DNA of 64,000 bases, from positions 1-64,000 of the IMG/VR virus record IMGVR_UViG_3300011115_000879, one strand, 5' to 3'. The notes below the pieces were generated by a model. It was given only the letters and a program-made list of their open reading frames with translations, ran no database searches and was not told the DNA's origin. A program made the position numbers and the translations under genes. This DNA comes from a virus. Numbering within the stretch: position 1 is the stretch's first letter; every line of letters begins with the position of its first letter. Of the stretch, positions 29,678 through 38,760 are shown piece after piece.

Positions 29678-29950
29678 ATGCCACCAATACCACCCCCACC
29701 TCGACAACCTAAAACAAAGAGTACTATGACACCATTAGAAAAAGCTCAACGACTATACCGAGACGCATACATGAGATGGTGCTATGAACCATCACATAAT
29801 AAAAATGTATTAATAGCTAAAAACATCTGCGAATACATCTGCAACGAAGTATTAGGAGATATGGGTGCTGATAGAGGATACGCATTCTGGACTGAGGTAA
29901 AACATATCCTAAACACTCACACACATGAAGAATTAAATAAACAATTATGA
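29678..29950 (+). CDS. Hypothetical protein, MTPLEKA family
   Basis: MTPLEKA..AKNIC..FWTEVK. Confidence 0.6.
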   Translation: MPPIPPPPRQPKTKSTMTPLEKAQRLYRDAYMRWCYEPSHNKNVLIAKNICEYICNEVLGDMGADRGYAFWTEVKHILNTHTHEELNKQL

Positions 29951-30282
29951 AAATAGCTATAGCAATTATACTCTGCATATTAGCCAGTATATTATCATTT
30001 ATACAGCTACAGGGACAAATGGCTTGGAAATTTCCAAAAGATAATCCATACATAATGATGTTACTCGGATTACCAATATCGTTAGTATTCATTAATACAA
30101 CAAAATTATTCAATGAACACTTTGGAACTAATTGGCCTGGACGTTTAATTGGGTTTGGAGTTGGAATTATAATGTTTACAATAATGAGTTGGATAGTATT
30201 TAAAGAACATCCAACACCTAAAACACTAACATGTCTATTATTAGCGTTTGGAATAGTAGTAATACAAATATTTGGAAAATAA
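29947..30282 (+). CDS. 4-TM small membrane protein (SMR/DMT-like topology)
   Basis: Four TM segments; FKEHPTPKTL loop. Confidence 0.6.
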   Translation: MKIAIAIILCILASILSFIQLQGQMAWKFPKDNPYIMMLLGLPISLVFINTTKLFNEHFGTNWPGRLIGFGVGIIMFTIMSWIVFKEHPTPKTLTCLLLAFGIVVIQIFGK

Positions 30283-30292
30283 AATAAAAAAT

Positions 30293-30505
30293 ATGAGTAA
30301 AGAAATGAATAAAGACGCAGTAGGAAAGTATTTCATTATCTCCAATCTAGGATTTGGAGACTTCATGAAAGATATAGATGGTAACATAAAGCTATACGAT
30401 ACTCTTGATGATGCTCATGGCTCAGCAGGGATCAATGAGCTACATGATACCTTGATCTGTAAAGTAGAATGGAATCATTTAGAATCGGAAGAGTTTCAAG
30501 ACTAA
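30293..30505 (+). CDS. Hypothetical protein
   Basis: Start moved to ATG 30293. Confidence 0.55.
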   Translation: MSKEMNKDAVGKYFIISNLGFGDFMKDIDGNIKLYDTLDDAHGSAGINELHDTLICKVEWNHLESEEFQD

Positions 30506-30515
30506 AACAAAACAC

Positions 30516-31604
30516 ATGAACGCATTAGATAAGCAATACCAAGCACTACTTCAAGACATTATCGATAACGGAATACATAAGCTAGATCGTACTGGAACTG
30601 GAACTAGATCACTATTCGGTAGACAGATTCGTCATTCAATGAAGGATGGCTTCCCACTTCTTACTACCAAGAAGATGGCATGGAAGTCAATCATGGTAGA
30701 GCTACTATGGTTCCTACGTGGCGATACGAACATTAAGTTCCTAGTTGATAACAACTGCCACGTTTGGGATGGGGATGCTTATAAGGCCTTTCAGGCTCGT
30801 AACGGTAAATGCTATTGCGGTCATACAACGACTTGCGATTGTGGAGATATCTTGCAGAGTGAATTTATTGAACGAATTAAAACCGATGATAAGTTTGCAA
30901 AGAAGTGGGGGTCACTCGGCAAGATATACGGGCATCAATGGCGCAAATGGGGAGAAAGAGAGCACGATTCAATATCTAATGAATATGTTATTGGAGTAGA
31001 TCAGATTCAGAATTTAATTAAAGAAATTAAAACAAATCCTGATAGTCGTAGGTTAATGGTTAATGCGTGGAATGTAGGTGAGTTAAACCAAATGATTCTT
31101 CCACCATGTCATTACGGCTTTCAAGTTTATACAAGAGAGCTGAGTATGAGTGAGAAGGAACTTTGGTATAAAAATAATAATAATAACTCAAAATTTCCTA
31201 AAGGAGCAATTTCATTAATGTGGAATCAAAGATCAGTGGATACCTTCCTTGGCTTACCTTTCAACATAGCAAGCTATGGCTTACTACTGGAGCTTATAGC
31301 TAAAGCAGTTGACATGGTTCCTGATGAGTTAATTGGTAACTTAGGTGATGTACACTTATATTTAAACCACTACCAACAAGCAAAGGAGCAAATTAGTAGA
31401 GAGCCATTTGAGCTACCTAAATTAAATATCAATACGGAGTTCTGGATGACTGAAGGTGGTTCATGTGGCGAAGGTCCATTAAACGCAAGCGCTATATTCG
31501 ATTCATTTACAGATGATAATTTCTGTAGATGCTTACTGGAGAATGATATTCAACTATACGATTATCAGTCACATTCAAGTATTAAAGCACCACTATCAAA
31601 TTAA
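30516..31604 (+). CDS. thyA: Thymidylate synthase
   Basis: DRTGTGT, FPLLTTKK, YGHQWR, PDSRR, LPPCH, QRSVD..LGLPFN, GDVHLY. Confidence 0.96.
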   Translation: MNALDKQYQALLQDIIDNGIHKLDRTGTGTRSLFGRQIRHSMKDGFPLLTTKKMAWKSIMVELLWFLRGDTNIKFLVDNNCHVWDGDAYKAFQARNGKCYCGHTTTCDCGDILQSEFIERIKTDDKFAKKWGSLGKIYGHQWRKWGEREHDSISNEYVIGVDQIQNLIKEIKTNPDSRRLMVNAWNVGELNQMILPPCHYGFQVYTRELSMSEKELWYKNNNNNSKFPKGAISLMWNQRSVDTFLGLPFNIASYGLLLELIAKAVDMVPDELIGNLGDVHLYLNHYQQAKEQISREPFELPKLNINTEFWMTEGGSCGEGPLNASAIFDSFTDDNFCRCLLENDIQLYDYQSHSSIKAPLSN

Positions 31605-31608
31605 AAAT

Positions 31609-31788
31609 ATGAAATACGAAGTTTGGTATAAAAGAATAGCAGATAATACAGTAGAGAAATGTATAGCTACTGTTAATGATGAAAATGATGCTTACTGGGT
31701 ATGTGATGCATTATATTCACATGATAGTGAAATAGGAGAAGAAGATACATCGGAATACTATGTAAAAGAAGTTGGAAAGTCAAAGTAA
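31609..31788 (+). CDS. Hypothetical protein
   Basis: Start moved to ATG 31609. Confidence 0.55.
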   Translation: MKYEVWYKRIADNTVEKCIATVNDENDAYWVCDALYSHDSEIGEEDTSEYYVKEVGKSK

Positions 31789-31819
31789 TTATCGTATCTT
31801 TAGTTAAATAAATTAAGTT

Positions 31820-32137
31820 ATGAGTAGTATTATCAAAGGAAATGTAAATTGGGCAAATCAGGAAGGTATAGTAAAACCTGATAAATTACCTAGTAAAGGT
31901 GAAAGTATACCTGATGATGAAAAGTTTAATGCTATTAACGATCTGTATAAGGAAAGTAAGTTACTCAGACAAAAAAGTGGAAACTTATATGAAGTATGCC
32001 CTTCATCAGAATTATCAAGTTTCATAGCATTATTAGATTCAGCAAACCATATTGTTAATAATATGAGTAGAGAACTTGCCTATAGACTTCAAGAAGAAGG
32101 TGGAGCAATACTTATGACTAAGAAAAAGAAAAAATAA
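31820..32137 (+). CDS. Hypothetical protein
   Basis: Promoter motif at 31779. Confidence 0.6.
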   Translation: MSSIIKGNVNWANQEGIVKPDKLPSKGESIPDDEKFNAINDLYKESKLLRQKSGNLYEVCPSSELSSFIALLDSANHIVNNMSRELAYRLQEEGGAILMTKKKKK

Positions 32138-32913
32138 TGAAAATAGTTGCAATCAGTGATACACACAATAGACATAAACATCTAACATCAGTTGGAATGG
32201 GAAATATACTCCCTGATGGTGATTTACTAATTCACGGAGGTGACTTTAGTGGTATGGGACATAAAGGTGAAGTAGAATCATTCTTAAAATGGTTAGTTCA
32301 ACAAGCACCTCGTTACACACATGGTATTGTATTCATAGCAGGTAATCACGATATATCATTTGATCCTAAATATGGTGAGTATGATATACAAGATGAATTA
32401 GGAATAGGACCTAAACAGAAACCGCTTTGGCTTAGAGGACTGTTAGCAACATTACCAAGTAATGTTCGTTACTTAGAAAATAGTGATGTAACGATTGATG
32501 GAGTTAAAATATGGGGTTCACCTATTACACCTTGGTTCAATGGTGATAAATGGGGATTCAATAGACATAGAGGTGATGATTTAGTAGAGGTATGGAAACA
32601 AATACCAATGGACGCTGATGTAGTTGTAACACATAGTCCAGCAGCATATAAGCTAGATTATGTACCTCGCAATGCTGAGTATACAGGATGTGAAGGATTA
32701 AGATATCGACTTGGAGAAGTAAAACCACTAATTCATATCTGTGGTCACATTCATGAAGCGTACGGATACGACTATGATTATACTGAGTCTGAAACGAGTA
32801 TAAATTATTTCAATGCTAGTATCTGTAATCACCAGTACGAACCTGTGAATAAACCATGGGAGATTGAGGCTGACTTTAATCTAAGAAAAATAAGCGGTAA
32901 TTTTATTTTATAA
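32137..32913 (+). CDS. Calcineurin-like metallophosphoesterase
   Basis: SDTH, GGD, GNHD, THSP, GHIH. Confidence 0.9.
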   Translation: MKIVAISDTHNRHKHLTSVGMGNILPDGDLLIHGGDFSGMGHKGEVESFLKWLVQQAPRYTHGIVFIAGNHDISFDPKYGEYDIQDELGIGPKQKPLWLRGLLATLPSNVRYLENSDVTIDGVKIWGSPITPWFNGDKWGFNRHRGDDLVEVWKQIPMDADVVVTHSPAAYKLDYVPRNAEYTGCEGLRYRLGEVKPLIHICGHIHEAYGYDYDYTESETSINYFNASICNHQYEPVNKPWEIEADFNLRKISGNFIL

Positions 32914-32914
32914 T

Positions 32915-33103
32915 ATGGTAAAGTTATATTCTAAATCAATAGATGTAACGTCTAAGCTACTAAATCTGTGTGTTAAATTACGATTGTGGAAGGCAGCTAG
33001 AATTATATTAGATTTAAGAAAAAAACACATAGTTATTAAGTTAAGAAAAAAATTAAGTTATGAAAAAACAAACACAACAAGAAATGATCGATGGTATTAT
33101 TGA
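32915..33103 (+). CDS. Basic hypothetical protein
   Basis: Packed ORF overlapping the next gene. Confidence 0.45.
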   Translation: MVKLYSKSIDVTSKLLNLCVKLRLWKAARIILDLRKKHIVIKLRKKLSYEKTNTTRNDRWYY

Positions 33104-33392
33104 TCATTTTGATTTTAATAGAGTTATGACAGCAATGGATGCTCTGAATTGGAGATGGAGTGGAATGAAAGACACACCGACTAAACAAGAACTAATAGAT
33201 AGTGCCTCAGAAAGATTACATAGCGCTATTGAACAGGTTCTTAGTCCTGATAATAAAGAACATAGAGATATTGGTTGGATTAGCGCTAGTGGTGGTTTTC
33301 AAGCTCGAGCTTGGAAAACTAAAAAGAATAACTTAGCAAAGCTTAAATTAGAATTCATAGTATCAGAATGGGATGAAGAAAGAGATTATTAA
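33060..33392 (+). CDS. Hypothetical protein
   Basis: FDFNRV..M..L.W.W..SGGF. Confidence 0.65.
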   Translation: MKKQTQQEMIDGIIDHFDFNRVMTAMDALNWRWSGMKDTPTKQELIDSASERLHSAIEQVLSPDNKEHRDIGWISASGGFQARAWKTKKNNLAKLKLEFIVSEWDEERDY

Positions 33393-33409
33393 TACTTAAA
33401 ATAAAATAA

Positions 33410-33805
33410 ATGAAAAAATTACTATTAACAGTACTAACCTGTTTTACATTATCATTAGTAACAAACGCTCAATCATTTGTTGGACATTATATTAATGTTA
33501 TCAAAAGAAACAAAGTAACTAATAAATTAGGAGAATGGGAAGAAACTAATTTAAATGTTATATTTAGTGGCAATGCTAAAGGGGATATAATATTCTATTA
33601 TCCTTCAGGTGAAGTAGAACGCTATTATAAAATAACAGATATATTCCATGGTACTACAGTCAATAATCTCAAATATAGATACATTACTACCGTTAATGAA
33701 AAAAAAGATACAGTTATGATGCAACTATATAATAATGGAGTATTTAGAGTACACTATAGTAAATATATCTTAGAGTATCATAGTGACTATAGTGAAGATA
33801 ATTAA
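33410..33805 (+). CDS. Secreted protein (Sec signal peptide)
   Basis: MKKLLLTVLTCFTLSLVTNA-Q, a Bacteroidota-style signal peptide. Confidence 0.7.
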   Translation: MKKLLLTVLTCFTLSLVTNAQSFVGHYINVIKRNKVTNKLGEWEETNLNVIFSGNAKGDIIFYYPSGEVERYYKITDIFHGTTVNNLKYRYITTVNEKKDTVMMQLYNNGVFRVHYSKYILEYHSDYSEDN

Positions 33806-33836
33806 AATGGCAAAATAACTTTTGTATATTTAGTGT

Positions 33837-34022
33837 ATGTTAAAAGCAATAATTAAATGGAATAGTGGTCACTTGGCTCTATTATGTTCAAGTTGTAGAA
33901 AAATTATTAAGGTTGGATATGAATTCACTGAAGAAGAATCTTTATTCGCTGGAGGTAAAGGTCATCTAGATCCACAACATTGTGATGAATGTATTAATAA
34001 ACTAAAACAATTAGAGTTATGA
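33837..34022 (+). CDS. Small Zn-binding protein
   Basis: CSSC...CDEC; promoter motif at 33809. Confidence 0.6.
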   Translation: MLKAIIKWNSGHLALLCSSCRKIIKVGYEFTEEESLFAGGKGHLDPQHCDECINKLKQLEL

Positions 34023-34348
34023 GTGGAGGACATTTTGATTATAACCAACATAGAATTGGTTACATAGCAGATGAAATTAAAGAACAGATTGAAAGGAACG
34101 GTAGACCAAAGACGAGAGAGGAAATGAAAGATGAAGGATGGCGTGATGAAAATTGGTATGTAAAGTATCCTGAAGATCTAAACTGGCCAAAATTTTCTCC
34201 TGAGGTATTAGATAAGTTTAAAGAAGCTCTCTATTATCTAGAACGAGCACAAATATATGCTCAAAGAGTAGATTATTATCTATCAGGAGATGATGGTGAA
34301 GAATCATTCCTAAGTAGATTAGAAGAAGATTTAAGTAAACTAAAATAA
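34019..34348 (+). CDS. Conserved phage hypothetical protein
   Basis: MSGGHFDY...DYYLSGDDGEESF. Confidence 0.7.
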   Translation: MSGGHFDYNQHRIGYIADEIKEQIERNGRPKTREEMKDEGWRDENWYVKYPEDLNWPKFSPEVLDKFKEALYYLERAQIYAQRVDYYLSGDDGEESFLSRLEEDLSKLK

Positions 34349-34353
34349 TATTT

Positions 34354-34581
34354 ATGACTGTACAAGAACTAATAGAAAAGCTACAAACAGTAGATCAAAC
34401 AGCTAGTGTATTTGTTGGTGGATATGAAGGTGGTCTTCATGACATTAAACCAACATTCTTTGTTGAGGATGTTAGGTTAAATATAAATGATGAAAGTCAA
34501 TGGTATTATGGTCCACATGAATTAGATAGAACATATGATGAATCCACTAATGAATTAGTAAAAGGTATTATAATAAGTTAA
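34354..34581 (+). CDS. Hypothetical protein
   Basis: MTVQELIEKL..GYEGG..YYGPHE. Confidence 0.65.
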   Translation: MTVQELIEKLQTVDQTASVFVGGYEGGLHDIKPTFFVEDVRLNINDESQWYYGPHELDRTYDESTNELVKGIIIS

Positions 34582-34591
34582 AATATAAATT

Positions 34592-35026
34592 ATGTCATAT
34601 TCAAGATGGTCGAGTTCAAGATGGTATACGTTCTGGAGAACAGATGGATCTTCCGATTACGGCTTTCCAACAGAGAAGCGTAAACGAGCTCAAGTATTTG
34701 AGATATGTGACTTCCCTAGTTACCAAATAACTTATGGTGAATTAGTAGATAAAGGTGCATATACTGTATTAAGAGAGGTTAAAGCATTCTACTCCAAACC
34801 ACATACTGAAGAAATTAATTCATATAACCAAGATGAATATGAAACTGAATACTCAGATACACTATTTATAGCTAAAAATCCAACTGGACCAGAATTAGTA
34901 GAATTATCAGGTTATATAGCTCAATTTCAAAAAGATGTAGATGAAGCGTTTACTTTAAAAAGTTACTTAAACGACATATGGCACTTAAAAATTAAAAGAA
35001 GTATCATTAATTTATTTAAAAATTAA
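34592..35026 (+). CDS. Hypothetical protein
   Basis: MSYSRWS..WYTFW. Confidence 0.65.
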   Translation: MSYSRWSSSRWYTFWRTDGSSDYGFPTEKRKRAQVFEICDFPSYQITYGELVDKGAYTVLREVKAFYSKPHTEEINSYNQDEYETEYSDTLFIAKNPTGPELVELSGYIAQFQKDVDEAFTLKSYLNDIWHLKIKRSIINLFKN

Positions 35027-35034
35027 GTTATAAT

Positions 35035-35223
35035 ATGAAAACAAATTTAAAAGCAGCTGGTATCACATTATTGATTTTATTAATAATTGTAGGATTTATA
35101 TATGGTTTACTATTCTATACAAGCATAATGGTTCCAATTGGGATGTGTATATCGGGAGCGGTTATTGTGGTATGTATCTTTAATATGGTAAAACTTACTT
35201 TACTTAATGATCGGCAAGATTAA
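35035..35223 (+). CDS. 2-TM small protein
   Basis: Two hydrophobic segments. Confidence 0.55.
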   Translation: MKTNLKAAGITLLILLIIVGFIYGLLFYTSIMVPIGMCISGAVIVVCIFNMVKLTLLNDRQD

Positions 35224-35239
35224 TTTTGTATATTCAATT

Positions 35240-35449
35240 ATGAAAAAAAGTAAAAAAGAACCACTTGAACGTAAATGGTTTATTGTTATGAATTCACAAT
35301 TAGAATATTTTGCTGGGTTATTATATGGTGGGCAAATAGTATGGTCTAGAGACTATGATGATGCTAAACCATTAGATTTAGAATCAAAATTCATTACTTT
35401 AAAGAGTATGAGTTATGGCGAAGAACTTATCTTAGATTACATAAAATAA
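35240..35449 (+). CDS. Hypothetical protein
   Basis: ATG 35240 directly after the promoter motif. Confidence 0.6.
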   Translation: MKKSKKEPLERKWFIVMNSQLEYFAGLLYGGQIVWSRDYDDAKPLDLESKFITLKSMSYGEELILDYIK

Positions 35450-35454
35450 AAGTT

Positions 35455-35667
35455 ATGACACCAGTTTATCCAAAAGAACATCCTGAACGTAGACAAGAAG
35501 TACTAAATAAGTTCTATAAGCAAGTTAGAGAAACAAGATGGGATACACCTGAAGAGAAACCTATCTCCCTTCGTGGTCGTAAGCCTAAAAAGATAGAATT
35601 ACCTGTAATCAATCAATTACCTCAAACTAAAAGTACTAAAATCAAAGATAGATATAATTGGTTATAA
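35455..35667 (+). CDS. Hypothetical protein with RGRKP (AT-hook-like) motif
   Basis: SLRGRKPKK. Confidence 0.6.
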   Translation: MTPVYPKEHPERRQEVLNKFYKQVRETRWDTPEEKPISLRGRKPKKIELPVINQLPQTKSTKIKDRYNWL

Positions 35668-35713
35668 AAGGCAAGACTAATTTTGTATATTCAATTAAAT
35701 AAAAAATAAAGCT

Positions 35714-35950
35714 ATGAATATTAACGTTGATATTGATATAGAGGATATGTTATATGAAATGTCTAAAAGGGAAAAACAGCAACTAGCAGATGATCTCTAT
35801 AACGATGGATATATACCTAAGCCATTTCAAAATGAAGCACATAGATACACAGACGATTTTAGTGATGCTTGTAGAAAACTAATAGGTCAAGCTTGGCGAT
35901 TAACTAGAGAAGAAGAAGAATATATTATTAACATATCAAAACGATTTTAA
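35714..35950 (+). CDS. Hypothetical protein
   Basis: Own promoter motif at 35670. Confidence 0.65.
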   Translation: MNINVDIDIEDMLYEMSKREKQQLADDLYNDGYIPKPFQNEAHRYTDDFSDACRKLIGQAWRLTREEEEYIINISKRF

Positions 35951-35951
35951 T

Positions 35952-36068
35952 ATGGGACAAGGTAAACGAAAGGATCAAATAGATTCAAGTGAACGAATAG
36001 CTGATATTTGTATTATAGTTTGTGGTGTATCACTACTTATAGCTATACTAATTAACTTATTAAAATAG
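35952..36068 (+). CDS. 38-aa membrane peptide
   Basis: MGQGKRKDQIDSSERIADICIIVCGVSLLIAILINLLK. Confidence 0.55.
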   Translation: MGQGKRKDQIDSSERIADICIIVCGVSLLIAILINLLK

Positions 36069-36108
36069 GCAAAGTAAAAATTGTATATTTATTTCAAATA
36101 AAAAAATT

Positions 36109-36315
36109 ATGACTACTAATAATAATAATAACTTACAATTGAAATGGGATTGTTTGATGATTGAAAGAATGGTTAATGATTTAGTGTTAAAAGGTATACA
36201 TAAGAATGAAGATTTAGTTGCTGCTGTAGATGAATTCTATCCACCAACTACTGAATTTGAAATGGAACACTACTCAGAAGCTATTATTTATGCTAAATTA
36301 TCATTATTAAATTAG
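36109..36315 (+). CDS. Hypothetical protein
   Basis: Own promoter motif at 36068. Confidence 0.6.
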   Translation: MTTNNNNNLQLKWDCLMIERMVNDLVLKGIHKNEDLVAAVDEFYPPTTEFEMEHYSEAIIYAKLSLLN

Positions 36316-36363
36316 GCAAAATAAAAATCGTACATTCACCTCGAACCAAAAATAAAATAAAAT

Positions 36364-36546
36364 ATGGCTATTCAAACGAAAGATCAAGCGCAAGGTAAAG
36401 TAGATAAGAAATTAGACAGAGTATTGAATAAGCCTAAAAAGATTGTTCCATTGATGGAACGTAATTTTAACGATTTAGCTACATTGGAAGAACAATTTGA
36501 GTGGTTAAAACGTAAGCAACGCCAAAAAGATAGGGAGGCAAAATAA
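36364..36546 (+). CDS. Hypothetical protein
   Basis: Flanked by two identical 39-bp promoter repeats. Confidence 0.65.
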   Translation: MAIQTKDQAQGKVDKKLDRVLNKPKKIVPLMERNFNDLATLEEQFEWLKRKQRQKDREAK

Positions 36547-36584
36547 AAATCGTACATTCACCTCGAACCAAAAAATAATAAGTT

Positions 36585-37376
36585 ATGTCAAACGAATTAA
36601 ATTCAACCGCAGTAATGTCTAACAACAGTTATTCATTAGATCAAATCAAGTCAATAGCTCCATCAGTGTTTACTGTTGATAAAGCTGCTCATTTAACGGA
36701 TAAGTATATCCAAACTCCAACATCCCGTGTTGTAGAGGATTTAATGGCTTTAGGATGGCAAGTAACTAAAGCACAAGAAGTTAAAGCACGTAAAGGTAAA
36801 GGATTCCAAAAACATATGGTTGTGTTTCGCAACCCAGATATTATGATTAAGGGTAAAGGTGGTGATGATTCATTCCCACAAATTATATTAACTAATAGTC
36901 ATGATGGTAAAGCAGCATTTAATTTTAGGGTAGGTATTTTCAGATTAATCTGCAGTAACGGTTTAGTTATTAGTGATGCTGATTTTAATAATGTATCTAT
37001 TCGTCATATTAATTATACATTTGAGACATTACAAACTAAAATTGGTGAAGTAATTACTAAATTACCTGGTTTAGTTGCTAAAATTAATTTATTCAAATCA
37101 ACTCAATTAAGTGAGACAGCAATGGCTGAATTTGCTATTAAAGCCGCTTCATTACGTACTAAACAAAGTACAAATGTAGTAGAATTATTAAGAGCAGAAC
37201 GTGACTTAGATAGAGGTAATGATCTATGGACTGTATTTAATCGTGTTCAAGAGAAAATAATTAGCGGTGGGTTTGGTTATGGTAGGAAAAATCGTAAGGC
37301 AAGGTCAATTAAAAACTTTCAACAAGATATTAAGTTGAATGAAGAATTATTTGAATTAGCCGAGACTTATCTATAG
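36585..37376 (+). CDS. DUF932/DUF945-family protein
   Basis: APSVF, KHMVVFR, LTNSHDG, GIFRLICSNGL, LWTVFNRVQE. Confidence 0.85.
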   Translation: MSNELNSTAVMSNNSYSLDQIKSIAPSVFTVDKAAHLTDKYIQTPTSRVVEDLMALGWQVTKAQEVKARKGKGFQKHMVVFRNPDIMIKGKGGDDSFPQIILTNSHDGKAAFNFRVGIFRLICSNGLVISDADFNNVSIRHINYTFETLQTKIGEVITKLPGLVAKINLFKSTQLSETAMAEFAIKAASLRTKQSTNVVELLRAERDLDRGNDLWTVFNRVQEKIISGGFGYGRKNRKARSIKNFQQDIKLNEELFELAETYL

Positions 37377-37382
37377 TAAAAT

Positions 37383-37416
37383 AAGGGGGATGGCAACGTC
37401 CCCCTTTTACATTTAA
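37383..37416 (+). terminator. Terminator hairpin overlapping the promoter motif
   Basis: AAGGGGGATG-GCAA-CGTCCCCCTT-TTACATTTA. Confidence 0.75.
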
Positions 37417-37433
37417 TCAAACAAAAATAAGTT

Positions 37434-37976
37434 ATGAAAAAAGTATTAGTAATTCATCCAAACGACAGTAGTACCGATTTTTTAAAACCGATATACGCTA
37501 ATATACCTAACGCTACTGTTATTAGAGGTGGGATGACTAGAGCTGATGTGGATCAAGAAATTATCAAGCATGATCGTATTATAATGTTAGGACATGGTTC
37601 ACCAGGTGGTTTATTTTCTATAGGTGAATTTGAAGGTAGTTATGGATTTATTATCAGTCATGGTACAGCAGATTTACTAAGAGATAAAGAATGTATATTC
37701 ATTTGGTGTAATGCAGATAAATTTGTTAAGGAACATAACCTAAAAGGTTTATATAGCGGGATGTTTATTAGCGAAGTTGGTGAAGCGTTTTATTGTGAAA
37801 CACCAGCATCACAAGAAGTAGTAACTGAATCGAATGATTATTTTGCTAATGAATTAGGTAAAGTAAGTAATTTAGATTTAAACGAAATACATAATTACAT
37901 CAAAACCAATTACGGTATATTAGCTGAGAGTAATGATGTAGCAAATTACAATAACAATAGAATATATTTAGTATGA
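37434..37976 (+). CDS. Hypothetical protein, possible caspase/gingipain-like (clan CD) fold
   Basis: RIIMLGHG and IFIWCNA spacing resembles a His-Cys dyad. Confidence 0.5.
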   Translation: MKKVLVIHPNDSSTDFLKPIYANIPNATVIRGGMTRADVDQEIIKHDRIIMLGHGSPGGLFSIGEFEGSYGFIISHGTADLLRDKECIFIWCNADKFVKEHNLKGLYSGMFISEVGEAFYCETPASQEVVTESNDYFANELGKVSNLDLNEIHNYIKTNYGILAESNDVANYNNNRIYLV

Positions 37977-38233
37977 TAATAACATTAATAGTTGTTTTAT
38001 TTGTAATAATTCTAGGAATGGGACGTCATATTAAGAAGATAACAGATCAATTAGAATTATTAGATAGAGAACAACATGATCAAAATAAAGAAATAGCAAT
38101 ATTAATGAAAAATCATTTAAGACATCAAGGAATGTTATTACAACATAGTGAAGTATTAATGTATTTAGCTGAACGAGATGAAACATTAAAGAAATATACT
38201 ATAAAATATTCAGGTATAGTAGGAGAAGCATAA
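37973..38233 (+). CDS. TM plus coiled-coil hypothetical protein
   Basis: N-terminal TM. Confidence 0.6.
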   Translation: MIITLIVVLFVIILGMGRHIKKITDQLELLDREQHDQNKEIAILMKNHLRHQGMLLQHSEVLMYLAERDETLKKYTIKYSGIVGEA

Positions 38234-38264
38234 TTTATCCATATTTATAAAAAACAAAAATCAT

Positions 38265-38435
38265 ATGGCATCAGCACAAACAGAAATGAAAGTAATTAGC
38301 GTATTATTAGAGGAAGCAATGGATAATGGATTAGAAGTAGAAGTTGTATATGCCGCCTTAAAGGCAATGAGAGAAGATGATGCTATTACACCAGCACAAG
38401 CGTTTCAGGTTGGTATGGATGAATGGGTTAAGTAA
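38265..38435 (+). CDS. 56-aa hypothetical protein (not in ORF track)
   Basis: MASAQTEMKVISVLLEEA...EWVK; ATATTTAT at 38241. Confidence 0.6.
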   Translation: MASAQTEMKVISVLLEEAMDNGLEVEVVYAALKAMREDDAITPAQAFQVGMDEWVK

Positions 38436-38518
38436 TCACATAAGCACTCAACATAAAAGATAAAGTGGCTAGGCAAAATTGCCTAGCTATCTTTATGTTA
38501 ACCAAAAAATAAAAAATT

Positions 38519-38710
38519 ATGAGTGTAAGATTAGTGCAAAAAGAAACAACGTACGAAGTAAATTTTAATGGTGATGAATATCAAGTCACAGTAATGGAAG
38601 ATAATATTAGTGTTGGATATACAGTTTATGATGTATTTGATGAGAATGGTGAGTTAGTAGAAGGTGATTTAGAAAGTGCAGTGATTAGTTATTTAGAAGA
38701 AAATAGTTAG
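38519..38710 (+). CDS. Acidic hypothetical protein
   Basis: Own hairpin-embedded promoter at 38472. Confidence 0.65.
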   Translation: MSVRLVQKETTYEVNFNGDEYQVTVMEDNISVGYTVYDVFDENGELVEGDLESAVISYLEENS

Positions 38711-38760
38711 GACGGCAAAATAAGAATCGTACATTCACGTTAACCAAAAAATAATAAGTT

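Noticed and set aside
30516-31604. Intron or intein in thyA
   Set aside because: The frame is continuous, length is near normal and no splicing motifs are present
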